Below are positions 38,004 through 47,503 of a stretch of DNA of 64,000 nt, in pieces. Below the pieces are notes generated by a model. It ran no database searches, had not been told where the DNA came from, and worked only from the letters and a program-made list of their open reading frames with translations. The translations under genes and the position numbers were made by a program. Origin of the DNA: an uncultured Gemmatimonadota bacterium (GTDB lineage: Bacteria; Gemmatimonadota; Gemmatimonadetes; Palauibacterales; Palauibacteraceae). The first letter of the stretch is position 1. Every line of letters begins with the position of its first letter. The stretch covers positions 33,807 through 97,806 of the forward strand of contig CAZEBA010000006.1 of assembly GCA_964510615.1 (NCBI GenBank), written 5' to 3'.

Positions 38004-38312
38004 ATGTACCCCCGTGACACGGCCGGTGCCGGAAATGCCCAAGAAGCCAGCAGAGGGCTGATCCTCAGAGGCCGCGTACAGGGCGTCGGATTCCGCTGGT
38101 GGGTCCGGGAGGCGGCTCTCCAGGTTGGCGTGCGGGGAACTGTTCGCAACCTCTCGGACGGCGCCGTCGAGGTCCTTGTGGCCGGCTCGGCCGATCTGGT
38201 TACCGATTTTCTCGACAGGGTGCGCCAGGGACCCCCGAACGCCCGAGTGGAGTCGGCACTCGAGATCCCCTGCCGCGAGCCGCTTCCGCAAGGCTTCCGT
38301 ATCCGGTTTTGA
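38004..38312 (+). CDS. acyP: Acylphosphatase
   Basis: GRVQGVGFR, GTVRNLSDGAVE; start uncertain. Confidence 0.88.
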   Translation: MYPRDTAGAGNAQEASRGLILRGRVQGVGFRWWVREAALQVGVRGTVRNLSDGAVEVLVAGSADLVTDFLDRVRQGPPNARVESALEIPCREPLPQGFRIRF

Positions 38313-38417
38313 CAGCGCTATCGGAAGGCGGCTCGGCACTTTCCCGAACATCCGGTGTATCCTCGTCGTCTCGCTTTCGACGGGCGTCTGCCTACCCGTG
38401 TCTTCGGAGGTGGTGAG

Positions 38418-39212
38418 GTGATAGAGCTTCCCGATGTCGAGCGGATGATCGAGGGGTTCTCCGGATACGCCACCGGCAAGACCATTTCGGCCGTTCTCAT
38501 CGACGATGCAAGCGTGGACGTGGATCCGAAGCTCGCCCGGTCGAAGATCGAGTCGCACGCAATCGACGCCGTCGAGCGGCACGGCAGGAACGTGGTCCTC
38601 CGCTTCCGGTCGGAATACAGCCTCATCTTCGACATGGGGGACGAGGGCCGGATCTATCTCGAGTCGCAGACGGTTCCGCCGGACGACAGCAGCTGCATCC
38701 GCCTTCAGTTCGCGGCCGGCCGAGAGCTTCGCTTCGATGCGCCCGGCACTCGTGACACCGTACGCCTGGTGGAGGGCAGCGATCTCTCCGCGATCGGCGG
38801 GCCGGAGAGCCTCGGCGTGGACCCGCTCAGTGACGAGCTGACCGTCGAGAAGTTCCTGGAGATCGCAGCGGCCCACCCACGTAGCTCGCTCAAGGGCTTC
38901 CTGATGCATCCGGCCGCCATCGCCGGCATCGGGAACGAGTACGCCGATGAGATCTGCTTCCAGGCCGGCTACCGCCCCGACCTCCGCGTCGGACAGATGA
39001 CGCAGCGCCAGCTCGAGCGCGTCCACCTCTATCTCCGCCGCGTTCTTCGAAGAGCGACGCTGCACTGGCAAGCCGCCCACGCGGATCCCGGCTGGCTGAT
39101 CAACCACCGAGCCAACGGGTCCGCCTGCCCCCGCTGCAGCACCGAGTTGACGACCATCAAGCTGAGTGGTCGGAAGACCTACGTTTGCGTGCGCTGCCAG
39201 AGGGCTGCCTAG
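38418..39212 (+). CDS. Fpg/Nei-family DNA glycosylase-like protein (atypical N-terminus)
   Basis: M-IELPDVE start, LGVDPL, H2TH GIGNEYADE, zinc finger CPRC...CVRCQ. Confidence 0.85.
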   Translation: MIELPDVERMIEGFSGYATGKTISAVLIDDASVDVDPKLARSKIESHAIDAVERHGRNVVLRFRSEYSLIFDMGDEGRIYLESQTVPPDDSSCIRLQFAAGRELRFDAPGTRDTVRLVEGSDLSAIGGPESLGVDPLSDELTVEKFLEIAAAHPRSSLKGFLMHPAAIAGIGNEYADEICFQAGYRPDLRVGQMTQRQLERVHLYLRRVLRRATLHWQAAHADPGWLINHRANGSACPRCSTELTTIKLSGRKTYVCVRCQRAA

Positions 39213-39238
39213 GAGAACCCGTCGCCGTCGCCCGACAC

Positions 39239-39280
39239 CTTTACTGCCACGTAAAGCTGACGTAAAGCGGCAAGGTAAAA
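39239..39280. repeat. Cluster of GTAAAG/CTTTAC motifs between convergent genes
   Basis: CTTTAC 39239, GTAAAG 39251, GTAAAG 39262, GTAAAA 39275. Confidence 0.7.
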
Positions 39281-39296
39281 CCATTCCGCCGTCATC

Positions 39297-40682
39297 TTAC
39301 TTTCCCACGCAAAAGGACGCGAAGACCATGTCGAGCACCTCCTCGGTGTCGATGACACCCAGGAGCTCCTCCAACGCCAGCTGAGCATCGTGCAGATGGG
39401 TGGAGGCGATTTCGGGTGGTGCACCTCTATCTCTCGATTCTACATATAGTTCGACGTCCGACACCGCCTTCCTCAATGCGCGCGAGTGGCGCCTGCGGGT
39501 CACGAGGGGGAATTCCTCGCCCCTGCGGACACCCGCATAGACGGCATCGAGCAGCCGGCGCCGCACGGCGTCCAATCCCATGCCGTCCACGACCGACACG
39601 GGGAGGCCGTCCGTGGCTACGCCCTCGGAGACGGCGTCCGCCTTCGTTCGGAGCATGACCAAGGGGGGAACCCGGTGCTCCCGCTCGCCAGACCCCGCTC
39701 GACTCCATCGCTGGAGGAATGCCCGCTCCACCTCGTCCAGCGACCGACCGGCCTCTGCACAGAACAGAACGATGTCCGCCCGTTCCAGGTAGCTCTCGGC
39801 GACCTCGATGCCGAGTCCCTCGACTCGCCCCGGCCGGTCCCGAAAACCAGCCGTATCGACGAGCCGAAACGGATATCCCTCCACGCTGAGCAGCGCCTCG
39901 ATCGCGTCGCGGGTCGTCCCGGGCAGCTCGGTAACGATCGCGCGCGACTCGCCTAGGAGCGCGTTGAACAGGCTCGACTTGCCCGCGTTGGGGCGGCCCG
40001 CGATGACGGTCAGCGCCCCATCGCGCACCATCTCCCCCTCGGGAGCGTGCCGGAGGAGGATCCGAAGGCCTTCGAGGACCTCCGAGGCGGCCGTGGCGAG
40101 GCTCTCCGCCGGGATCGGCCCATCGTCCTCCTCCGGGAAGTCGATCTCGTAGGCGAGCATCGCCTGCAGGCGCACGAGGTTCTGTCGCAGCGCCTCCACT
40201 CTTGTCGAGAGTCCGAGCTCGAGCTGGAAGAGCGCCGATCGGTGCGCCACCTCCGAGCGGGCGTCGATCAGGTCCAGCGTCGCCTCGGCCTGCACCAGAT
40301 CGATTCGTCCATTGACGAAGGCGCGACGGGTGAACTCCCCCGGCTCCGCGAGCCGGGCTCCGGCGGCGCACGCTGCGTCGAGAATGAGCTGCGGGACGAG
40401 GGATCCGCCGTGCCCGCTGATCTCCAGGACGTCTTCCCCCGTGTAGGAGGCGGGTCCCGCGAAGAGCGTGACCAGGGCACGATCGATCGGTCGATCGTCC
40501 TCGGGATGCCGAAGCGCTGTGAGGGTAGGGCGCCGAGGGGAGAGATCGGCTGCACCGAGCGCGATCCCGATCGCGGCGGCCTGCGGCCCGCTGACGCGGA
40601 CCAGGGAGACGCCGGCCCGTCCCGGCGCGGTCGAGATGGCGGCGATCGTGTCGCCCGGCGGCGGCCGGTCTCCTTCCTTCAT
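39297..40682 (-). CDS. mnmE: tRNA modification GTPase MnmE (TrmE)
   Basis: DTIAAIST, SYTGED, GRPNAGKSS, GTTRD, DTAG, FCVGK. Confidence 0.96.
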   Translation of the reverse strand: MKEGDRPPPGDTIAAISTAPGRAGVSLVRVSGPQAAAIGIALGAADLSPRRPTLTALRHPEDDRPIDRALVTLFAGPASYTGEDVLEISGHGGSLVPQLILDAACAAGARLAEPGEFTRRAFVNGRIDLVQAEATLDLIDARSEVAHRSALFQLELGLSTRVEALRQNLVRLQAMLAYEIDFPEEDDGPIPAESLATAASEVLEGLRILLRHAPEGEMVRDGALTVIAGRPNAGKSSLFNALLGESRAIVTELPGTTRDAIEALLSVEGYPFRLVDTAGFRDRPGRVEGLGIEVAESYLERADIVLFCAEAGRSLDEVERAFLQRWSRAGSGEREHRVPPLVMLRTKADAVSEGVATDGLPVSVVDGMGLDAVRRRLLDAVYAGVRRGEEFPLVTRRRHSRALRKAVSDVELYVESRDRGAPPEIASTHLHDAQLALEELLGVIDTEEVLDMVFASFCVGK

Positions 40683-40716
40683 GCTCCTCCGCCTCGGCAG
40701 TCACTCCGAGGCGCCG

Positions 40717-42603
40717 TTACCGCTTGGTGGGCCTCCTGCGGGGAGCCCGCTGAGAGGCCCGCTTGGCTGGCGGCCGCTTCTCCCCCGAACCTCCCTTTCC
40801 CCTTCGGGAGCCCTTCTTGGTCGGCGGCCCGGCGGCATCCCCGTCGCCGCCCTCGACGTCGACCGCCCTGGGCGCCGTTCCCCTCGCCCTCTGGCGCTCG
40901 CGGGCGATGTACAACTGCTGCGGCAGCGAGGCGACGTTGCTGGTGGCGTAGTACAGATTGAGGCCGGAAGGGAAGTTGGCGAACAGAAACGTAAACAAGA
41001 TCGGCATCCCGTACCCCATCATCTTCGTCTGCGCGGTGCTCTCCATCCCCCGCTGCCCGATCCACTGCAGGAGGAACATCGACGCCCCCATCAACAGAGG
41101 CACCACGTAGAGCGGGTCCTTCAGGGACAGGTCGGGCAGCCAAAGGAACGGAACGCCTCGAAACTCGATCGTGTTCTGGAAGACGAAGAAGAGTGTGATC
41201 AGGACGGGAAACGGCAACAACATCGGCAAGCAGCCGGCGAGTGGATTGATGTTGTGCTCCTTGTAGAGCCGCATCATCTCCTGCTGCATCTTCTGAGGGT
41301 CATCCTTGTGCTTCTCCCGGATGTCCTTCATCAGCGGCTGCACGCGCATCTGCGCCATCTGCGCCCGCATCGACTTCTGGTACAGCGGGAAGAGCACGAT
41401 CCTCATCAAGACGCCGAACAGGATCAGCACCCAGCCGTACGCCAGGCTGAGGTTGCGGTGCATCCAGGTCAGAATCGCCATGACGATCGCCACCAGCGGG
41501 CGGATCACCGGCTGCAGCCAGCGCCAGCCCACCGGATTCACGTTCTCGAAATCGTCCCCGATCCCCTTGAGACGCTCATAGTCCTGCGGACCGAGATATG
41601 CGTTGAACTCGAAGTGGGGTGACCCGGCGGGAACCGGCAGCGTCGCCGTGATCCGCGCGGCGCGCTCGTCCGGTAGGCCATCGACGATCAGCCCGCCGAA
41701 TCCCGGCCGTCCCGCCGGAGCGAGGTAGCCGATCACGAAGTACTTGTTCTTGACCGCAACCCACTCGAACGGACCGCCCGGCGCTGCCTCCCGCTCTCCG
41801 GCCTCCACCGATGACAGCCGCTGGCTCCGGATCCCGTTTCGACCCTTGGTCGCGTAGGCCAGGTGCTGGAAATCCTCCCCTGCATCCGCTTCGTTGGTCC
41901 GCAGGCCCTCACCCAGGGAGGTGCTGATGGTATACCCGCGATCTCCGATCCCCTCGAACTCGCCTCGCACGCCCACGAGATACCGGTCCGCCTCGAAGTC
42001 GTACGTCACGCGGAATGCGATCGGACCTCGCTCTCCCTCTCCCAGCACGTACCGCAAGACCAGTGAGTCCCTGGGGGACTCGTCGGACAACGTGATGCTG
42101 TTCGCGCTCGCCTCGAACGGCCGTTCCGCCAGATCGATCGTGTCCCCTCCGACCGCCAATCGGAACCCGAACAGCTCGTCGCTCGGTCGGATGAGCTCGA
42201 CCTCGGCGCCCTCCGGATCCCCCGGTGCGTACGAGCGATAGGCCGGCAGCCGCGCCGAGATCAGCCTCGCTCCACGGCTGACGAATCGAAGTGCGTACAG
42301 CGGCGATTGGACCAGGATGGTATCGGCCGGCAACTCCCTCCCGACCTCCGGCGCCGCCTCTTCTGCAACCCGCTCTGCGATGCCCGCAGCCTCCGTGGGC
42401 CCGGCCGTGTCCTGGGCCGGCGAACGGTCCTCGCGCGCCCCTTCCTCCGCCCCGCGAGGTCCCTCAGCGGCCCCCTCCGCCGAAGCCGCCAGCGAGTCCC
42501 GCGCCCCGGACGGCGGCCCCCGCCGCACCGGCGGAAAGAGCAGATTCGTCATGACGATCACGGCGAGCATCAGGCCCATCGCCAGCAGCAGCCTCCGCTC
42601 CAT
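40717..42603 (-). CDS. yidC: Membrane protein insertase YidC
   Basis: N-terminal TM, periplasmic domain, YLGP, NPLAGCLP, WLPDLS, GLNLYY. Confidence 0.95.
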   Translation of the reverse strand: MERRLLLAMGLMLAVIVMTNLLFPPVRRGPPSGARDSLAASAEGAAEGPRGAEEGAREDRSPAQDTAGPTEAAGIAERVAEEAAPEVGRELPADTILVQSPLYALRFVSRGARLISARLPAYRSYAPGDPEGAEVELIRPSDELFGFRLAVGGDTIDLAERPFEASANSITLSDESPRDSLVLRYVLGEGERGPIAFRVTYDFEADRYLVGVRGEFEGIGDRGYTISTSLGEGLRTNEADAGEDFQHLAYATKGRNGIRSQRLSSVEAGEREAAPGGPFEWVAVKNKYFVIGYLAPAGRPGFGGLIVDGLPDERAARITATLPVPAGSPHFEFNAYLGPQDYERLKGIGDDFENVNPVGWRWLQPVIRPLVAIVMAILTWMHRNLSLAYGWVLILFGVLMRIVLFPLYQKSMRAQMAQMRVQPLMKDIREKHKDDPQKMQQEMMRLYKEHNINPLAGCLPMLLPFPVLITLFFVFQNTIEFRGVPFLWLPDLSLKDPLYVVPLLMGASMFLLQWIGQRGMESTAQTKMMGYGMPILFTFLFANFPSGLNLYYATSNVASLPQQLYIARERQRARGTAPRAVDVEGGDGDAAGPPTKKGSRRGKGGSGEKRPPAKRASQRAPRRRPTKR

Positions 42604-42884
42604 CAGCGCCTCCCCGCCGCGTCCGGCCGTTGTGCTTCGGCGCCCGAGCAGCGGCTCTCGGCCAGCTCGCCGGGCGACGGCACCGGATCGTAGCCCACGC
42701 CTCCCAAGGGGTGACAGCGGAGCAGACGCCGGACAGCCAGCCAGCCGCCTCTGAGCGGCCCGTGCCGTGATACGGCCTCGAGCGCGTACTGGGAGCAACT
42801 GGGGGTGAACCGGCAGGCGCCGGGGAGGAGGGGGGAGATTCCCAGCTGATAGGCCCGAATCGTCCAGACGATCAGCCGGCGCAT
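42603..42884 (-). CDS. yidD: Membrane protein insertion efficiency factor
   Basis: [20 protein letters not shown]. Confidence 0.95.
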   Translation of the reverse strand: MRRLIVWTIRAYQLGISPLLPGACRFTPSCSQYALEAVSRHGPLRGGWLAVRRLLRCHPLGGVGYDPVPSPGELAESRCSGAEAQRPDAAGRR

Positions 42885-43231
42885 GCCCTCTCCATCACTT
42901 CGAGAGCGAGTTGACGCAGCTGCTGGAAGGAGCAGGCGTACGCGTCCTGCCGAACCCGGAGCAGCACGTCCAGCGCCGGCTCCCGCTCCCGGGCTGCAGG
43001 CAGCCAGTCACGTCGACAGATCTCGCGTAGCCGCCTGAGAAGCCGATTCCGATCCACCGCACTGCGTCCGTAGCGTGGAACGACCAGCGCCATCCTCGGC
43101 CGGCTCGCGGTCGAGGGTGCCACGAACAGCTCGATCGGCCCCACACGGCAACGACGACCGGTGTGCAACAGCCGGCGGATCTCTCCGCCGCTGCCAATCC
43201 GTGCTTGGCGCGGAAACCTCTCGTCGTTCAT
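42872..43231 (-). CDS. rnpA: Ribonuclease P protein component
   Basis: [16 protein letters not shown] motif; position between rpmH and yidD. Confidence 0.9.
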   Translation of the reverse strand: MNDERFPRQARIGSGGEIRRLLHTGRRCRVGPIELFVAPSTASRPRMALVVPRYGRSAVDRNRLLRRLREICRRDWLPAAREREPALDVLLRVRQDAYACSFQQLRQLALEVMERACAG

Positions 43232-43271
43232 GTAAAGTGGCGCGGGCAAGTGCGCCGGGATCGGGCGTGCG

Positions 43272-43442
43272 TCAGCGACTGCGCCGCTTGGAGCGGAACT
43301 CGTCGCTCACGGTGAGGCGCTTTCGGCCCTTCTTGCGCCGGCGCGAGAGCACCTGCCGCCCTGCCTTCGTCTTCATGCGGGATCGGAAGCCGTGGTCCTT
43401 CCGCCGCTTCCTGTTGCTGGGCTTCTTGTACGTCGGTTGCAT
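43272..43442 (-). CDS. rpmH: 50S ribosomal protein L34
   Basis: [27 protein letters not shown]. Confidence 0.96.
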   Translation of the reverse strand: MQPTYKKPSNRKRRKDHGFRSRMKTKAGRQVLSRRRKKGRKRLTVSDEFRSKRRSR

Positions 43443-43573
43443 GGCGCTCGAAATCGGTGGTTCTCGGGTTCGCCGCCGGCATCGCGCTCGCCGCGAGCAC
43501 GGCTCTACCGGCGGGCCGCGGCCCCGTATAACCGCTATGGCATGGGGTGTTCCACGCCGGTGGAAGGCCACGG

Positions 43574-43602
43574 AGTCTAGAGTCGCCGCTTCCGGCTGTC
43601 AA
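43574..43602 (-). promoter_or_regulatory. sigma70 promoter for the rpmH operon
   Basis: TTGACA-N17-TAGACT on minus strand. Confidence 0.8.
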
Positions 43603-43640
43603 ACGAGCCGGCGCGGAGCGGGCCGGCGTCCTGACGGGCG

Positions 43641-43669
43641 TTGACAGCCCCCGACAGGCTCTCTACGTT
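43641..43669 (+). promoter_or_regulatory. sigma70 promoter for dnaA
   Basis: TTGACA-N17-TACGTT. Confidence 0.8.
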
Positions 43670-43743
43670 GACGCCCCCCGGGTGTCGGCCCGGATTCTTC
43701 GACCGGCCCCGAGCCTTCCCGGCAGGGCAGCTAACGACAGCCG

Positions 43744-45126
43744 ATGGAACTAACCGCCACCCAGGTCTGGTCCCGCATCGCCCAAGCCTCGAAAGAGGTG
43801 CTTCCGGAACAGACGTTCGCCACCTGGCTCGCGTCCACCGAGGCGATCGCCCTCACCGATGACACCCTCGTCGTCGGGGCACCGACCAAGTTCGCGGTGG
43901 AGTGGATCGAGGATAAGTACGGGGCGTTGCTCCGAGAGCTGGCCGAGCGCGAGCTCGGCCGGTCGCTCCAAGTGCGGTTCGAGCACCACGGCCAGGACAC
44001 GCGTCTCGAGTTCCCCGAGCTCGGACCCAGGGGGCCGGAAGCCGAGGCGCGGTCGGCTCCACCTACCGGTATCGAGCCCGCCCCGCAGGAACCGCCGGCC
44101 ATCGGCCTCAACGACCGCTACCGGTTCGATCGCTTCGTCATTGGAAGTCACAACCAGCTGGCCACCGCGGCCTGCCGGCGAGTGGCCGATGCGCCGGCCG
44201 CCGCCTACAACCCGCTGTTCATCTACGGCGATACCGGGCTCGGCAAGACGCACCTGATGCACGCTATCGGACATGCGATCCTGGAGCGGCTGCCGGATCG
44301 ACGCGTCGTCTACACCACCTCCGAGCAGTTCACCAACGAGATGATCACCGCGATCCAGAGCGGACGGACGGCCAACTTCCGGCAGCGATATCGCCAGGTG
44401 GACGTCCTGTTGGTTGACGACGTGCACTTCCTCGGCAACAAAGAGGGCACCCAGGAGGAGTTTTTCCACACCTTCAACGCCCTGTACGACGCCCAGAAGC
44501 AGATCGTCATCACTTCCGACCGACCACCGCCCGAGATTCCGGGCCTCCAGGAGCGGCTGGTATCCCGCTTCGAATGGGGCCTCGTAAGCGATATCAAGCC
44601 GCCGGACTTCGAGACGCGCAGCGCCATTCTGCAGAAGAAGGCCGAGGAGGATGGGCTCCTGCTCGACGAGGAGATCATCGAGTACATCGCCCGCATCCGG
44701 AAGACCTCGGTCAGACAGCTGGAGGGGGCCCTCATCAAGCTCCTCGCGTTCAGCTCCCTCACCCGCCGCGAGATCAGCCTGGAGCTCGCGCGCGAGGCCC
44801 TCGGGTCCGAGCCCGAGTCCTACGGACGCGACCGGAGTCGAGCCACACCCGAGCAGATCGTCGAGCGCACGGCAGAGCTGTGGAACGTCACAGTCGACGA
44901 CATGAAGTCGAAGCGGCGCACCCGTACGCTCGTCGTCCCCAGGCAGGTGGCGATGTACCTGATCAAGACGACGCTGGATCTCCCCTACACCGATATCGGC
45001 TCCCTATTCGGTGGCCGCGACCACTCGACCGTCATCCACTCGGTAAACAAAGTGGAAGCCGAAATGGCCGGAGATCCGACGTTCCGCTCGCAGGTCCGGA
45101 AGCTCCAGGATGCGATCGCCAGCTGA
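43744..45126 (+). CDS. dnaA: Chromosomal replication initiator DnaA
   Basis: YNPLFIYGDTGLGKTH, DDVHF, QEEFFHTFN, RLVSRF, GGRDHSTV. Confidence 0.98.
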   Translation: MELTATQVWSRIAQASKEVLPEQTFATWLASTEAIALTDDTLVVGAPTKFAVEWIEDKYGALLRELAERELGRSLQVRFEHHGQDTRLEFPELGPRGPEAEARSAPPTGIEPAPQEPPAIGLNDRYRFDRFVIGSHNQLATAACRRVADAPAAAYNPLFIYGDTGLGKTHLMHAIGHAILERLPDRRVVYTTSEQFTNEMITAIQSGRTANFRQRYRQVDVLLVDDVHFLGNKEGTQEEFFHTFNALYDAQKQIVITSDRPPPEIPGLQERLVSRFEWGLVSDIKPPDFETRSAILQKKAEEDGLLLDEEIIEYIARIRKTSVRQLEGALIKLLAFSSLTRREISLELAREALGSEPESYGRDRSRATPEQIVERTAELWNVTVDDMKSKRRTRTLVVPRQVAMYLIKTTLDLPYTDIGSLFGGRDHSTVIHSVNKVEAEMAGDPTFRSQVRKLQDAIAS

Positions 45127-45474
45127 TCCGGTCCCGCACCACTTCCAGACCCACCCCGTGCCGGACGCCGATTCTTTCCGCACCTGTCGACATCGACCCC
45201 ACCCAGACGTGGAACTCCTGCGGGCTCATGGGGGATGCGGCCGTTCCGCCCGGAATTGTCGGTGGACTTCCCGTGCCGATCTGCACCGGTTTCCGGAGGA
45301 GCAGCGAAGCGCCCCACCGCCGACCGAGCGCGACGGGCCGCCATCTCGCGGAGGCGACCGCCACCGGCTTCCACTTTCCAACAGGCCCTACTACGACTAC
45401 TAAGGTTTGATTCAGAGGTATACAGTAGAAAGGAATTCCGCATCCTCACCATCGTTGGAAGTGCGAGGTTCTGA
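45127..45474. other. Replication origin oriC
   Basis: dnaA-dnaN intergenic; CTTCCACTTTCCAACA-GGCCC-TACTACGACTACTA (box-like, GC clamp, DnaA-trios) followed by an AT-richer tract; gene orientation switches nearby. Confidence 0.85.
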
Positions 45475-46578
45475 ATGAAGCTGTCGATCACGCGCGAAAA
45501 CCTGCAGAAGGGCCTCGGTGCCGTGTCAGCCACGATACCGGCCCGCACCACGCTGCCCGTTCTCTCCAACATCCTGCTCAGGGCAGAGGGTGAGTCGGTC
45601 CAGCTGTGCGGGACCGACCTGGACATCTCGGTTCAGGTCCGCATCGATGCCGAGGTGGAGACCGACGGGGCGGTCACGGTGCCGGCCAAGAAGTTCTCGG
45701 AGATCACGCGCGAGCTCGCGGACTTCCCCGTCCATCTCGCCGCCGACCAGGATCAGATCCGGATCGAGTGTGGACCGAGCCGCTTCCGGCTCTACGGGAT
45801 TCCGGAGGGCGAATTCCCGACCTTCCCGGAGGTGGACTTCACGGAGTCGTGGAAGATGTCGGCGGAGGCCCTCCAGGAGCTGATCTCGCACACGTCGTTC
45901 GCCGCCTCGACGGAGGAGAGCCGGCCGATCCTGAACGGGGTGCTCTGGCAGCTCCGGCCAGAGTCGACGACGATGGTGGCGACCAACGGTCACCGGCTGG
46001 CCAAGATGACGCGCGAACTCCACGAGGCTGGGGCGCCGGAGGCGGATCTGATCGTGCCGCCCAAGGCGCTGGGCCAGGTGGAGCGTCTGTTCGAGGCGGA
46101 CGAGCAGCTCGAGGTGGCCCGATCGGCCAATCATCTGGCCTTCCGCTCGGATCGGCGTGCCGTCTACACGCGGCTTATCGAGGGCCCGTACCCGAACTAC
46201 GAGCAGGTGATACCGAAGGATAACGACAAGGAGGCAGTGGCGAACCGGGCGTCCTTCGAATCGGCGATCCGCCGGATGGCGGTGGTGGCGAGCGACCAGA
46301 CGCATCGAGTGCGGTTGCAGTTCGACCCCGGAGCGCTCCGGTTTCGCGTACAGACGCCGGACTTGGGCGAGGCGGAGGACGAGATGGCGGTGGACTATGA
46401 TGGAGAAGGAATGGAGATCGGCTTCAACGCCAACTACCTCCTGGAGGTCCTGCGCTACATCACGTGCGAGGACGTGCGGATAACGTTCAAGGCTCCCGAG
46501 CGCGCGGCGACGTTTCAGCCCCTCGAGGGGGATTCGGACTACCTGTGCCTCGTGATGCCCCTGCGGCTGCTCGATTAA
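45475..46578 (+). CDS. dnaN: DNA polymerase III beta sliding clamp
   Basis: LPVLSNILL, RPILNG, VATNGHRLA, GFNANYL, VMPLRL. Confidence 0.97.
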   Translation: MKLSITRENLQKGLGAVSATIPARTTLPVLSNILLRAEGESVQLCGTDLDISVQVRIDAEVETDGAVTVPAKKFSEITRELADFPVHLAADQDQIRIECGPSRFRLYGIPEGEFPTFPEVDFTESWKMSAEALQELISHTSFAASTEESRPILNGVLWQLRPESTTMVATNGHRLAKMTRELHEAGAPEADLIVPPKALGQVERLFEADEQLEVARSANHLAFRSDRRAVYTRLIEGPYPNYEQVIPKDNDKEAVANRASFESAIRRMAVVASDQTHRVRLQFDPGALRFRVQTPDLGEAEDEMAVDYDGEGMEIGFNANYLLEVLRYITCEDVRITFKAPERAATFQPLEGDSDYLCLVMPLRLLD

Positions 46579-47489
46579 TGCAGGGCCCCCCGGCGGGCCG
46601 CCGTTTCGCCCCGAGATCCCCGTTTCGGGCTGCCGCTGCCCTCGCCTTCGGGACGCTACTCTGCACAGGCGCCTGGATGAAGGCAGCGCGTGCCCAGGAC
46701 GTCGCCTGGGGCGTCGACGAGGTGGTGCCCGGAATCTTCCGGTTCGCCTACGGGGCCTACAACACCGTGTTCATCACCACGGACGCCGGCGTCATTGCCT
46801 TCGATCCGATCTCGCCTGCGGCGGCCCCGATCCTGGCGCAGGAGATCCAGCGTGCCGCACCCGGGGCGCCGTTGCTCGCGATCGTCTACACTCACCACCA
46901 CGCCGACCATGCCTCCGGTGCCGATGTGCTCCGCGCCGTCTTCGGCGGCCGGGTCCCGATCATCGCTCACGAGCAGGCGCTGATGCCGCTGCTCGAGGCG
47001 GCGGATCCCGGGCTGCCACCCCCCGACGTAACGTTCAGCCAACGGCTGGTTCTGCGGCCGGGCGGTCGGGAGGTGCAGCTGCTGTACCTCGGCCCCAGCC
47101 ACACATCCAGCATGATCGTCGGTCTCGTGCCGGACGCCGGCTTCGCTTTCGCGGTGGACTTCGTGAGCAACGATCGCGTGGGATACCGGGATCTCGGCAG
47201 CCACGTGTTCCCCGACTTCTTCCGGGCCCTGGAGCTGCTGGACGCGCTGGAGTTCGAGACCATCGCCTTCGGACACGGGCCGGTCGGCGGTCATGAATCG
47301 GTGCGCCGGCAGATCCGCTACTACGTGGACCTTCGCGACGCGGTCCTCCGCGCCGTCGAGGCGGGCTGGAGCGAGGACGAGGCGGCCGAGAGGGTCCGCC
47401 TGCCCGGCTACGAAGAATGGGGGGGCTACTCGGAGTGGTTCGCCCTCAACGTGCGCGGCGTGTACCGCTGGCTGGCCGGCGAGCGCTGA
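46578..47489 (+). CDS. Exported MBL-fold metallo-hydrolase
   Basis: Signal peptide, THHHADH, GPSHT, FGHG; TAATG coupling to dnaN. Confidence 0.85.
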   Translation: MQGPPAGRRFAPRSPFRAAAALAFGTLLCTGAWMKAARAQDVAWGVDEVVPGIFRFAYGAYNTVFITTDAGVIAFDPISPAAAPILAQEIQRAAPGAPLLAIVYTHHHADHASGADVLRAVFGGRVPIIAHEQALMPLLEAADPGLPPPDVTFSQRLVLRPGGREVQLLYLGPSHTSSMIVGLVPDAGFAFAVDFVSNDRVGYRDLGSHVFPDFFRALELLDALEFETIAFGHGPVGGHESVRRQIRYYVDLRDAVLRAVEAGWSEDEAAERVRLPGYEEWGGYSEWFALNVRGVYRWLAGER

Positions 47490-47503
47490 GCTTCTACTGA
47501 GCC

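Noticed and set aside
45200-45216. parS-like CGTGGAAC in oriC
   Set aside because: Half-site only; better read as a variant DnaA box
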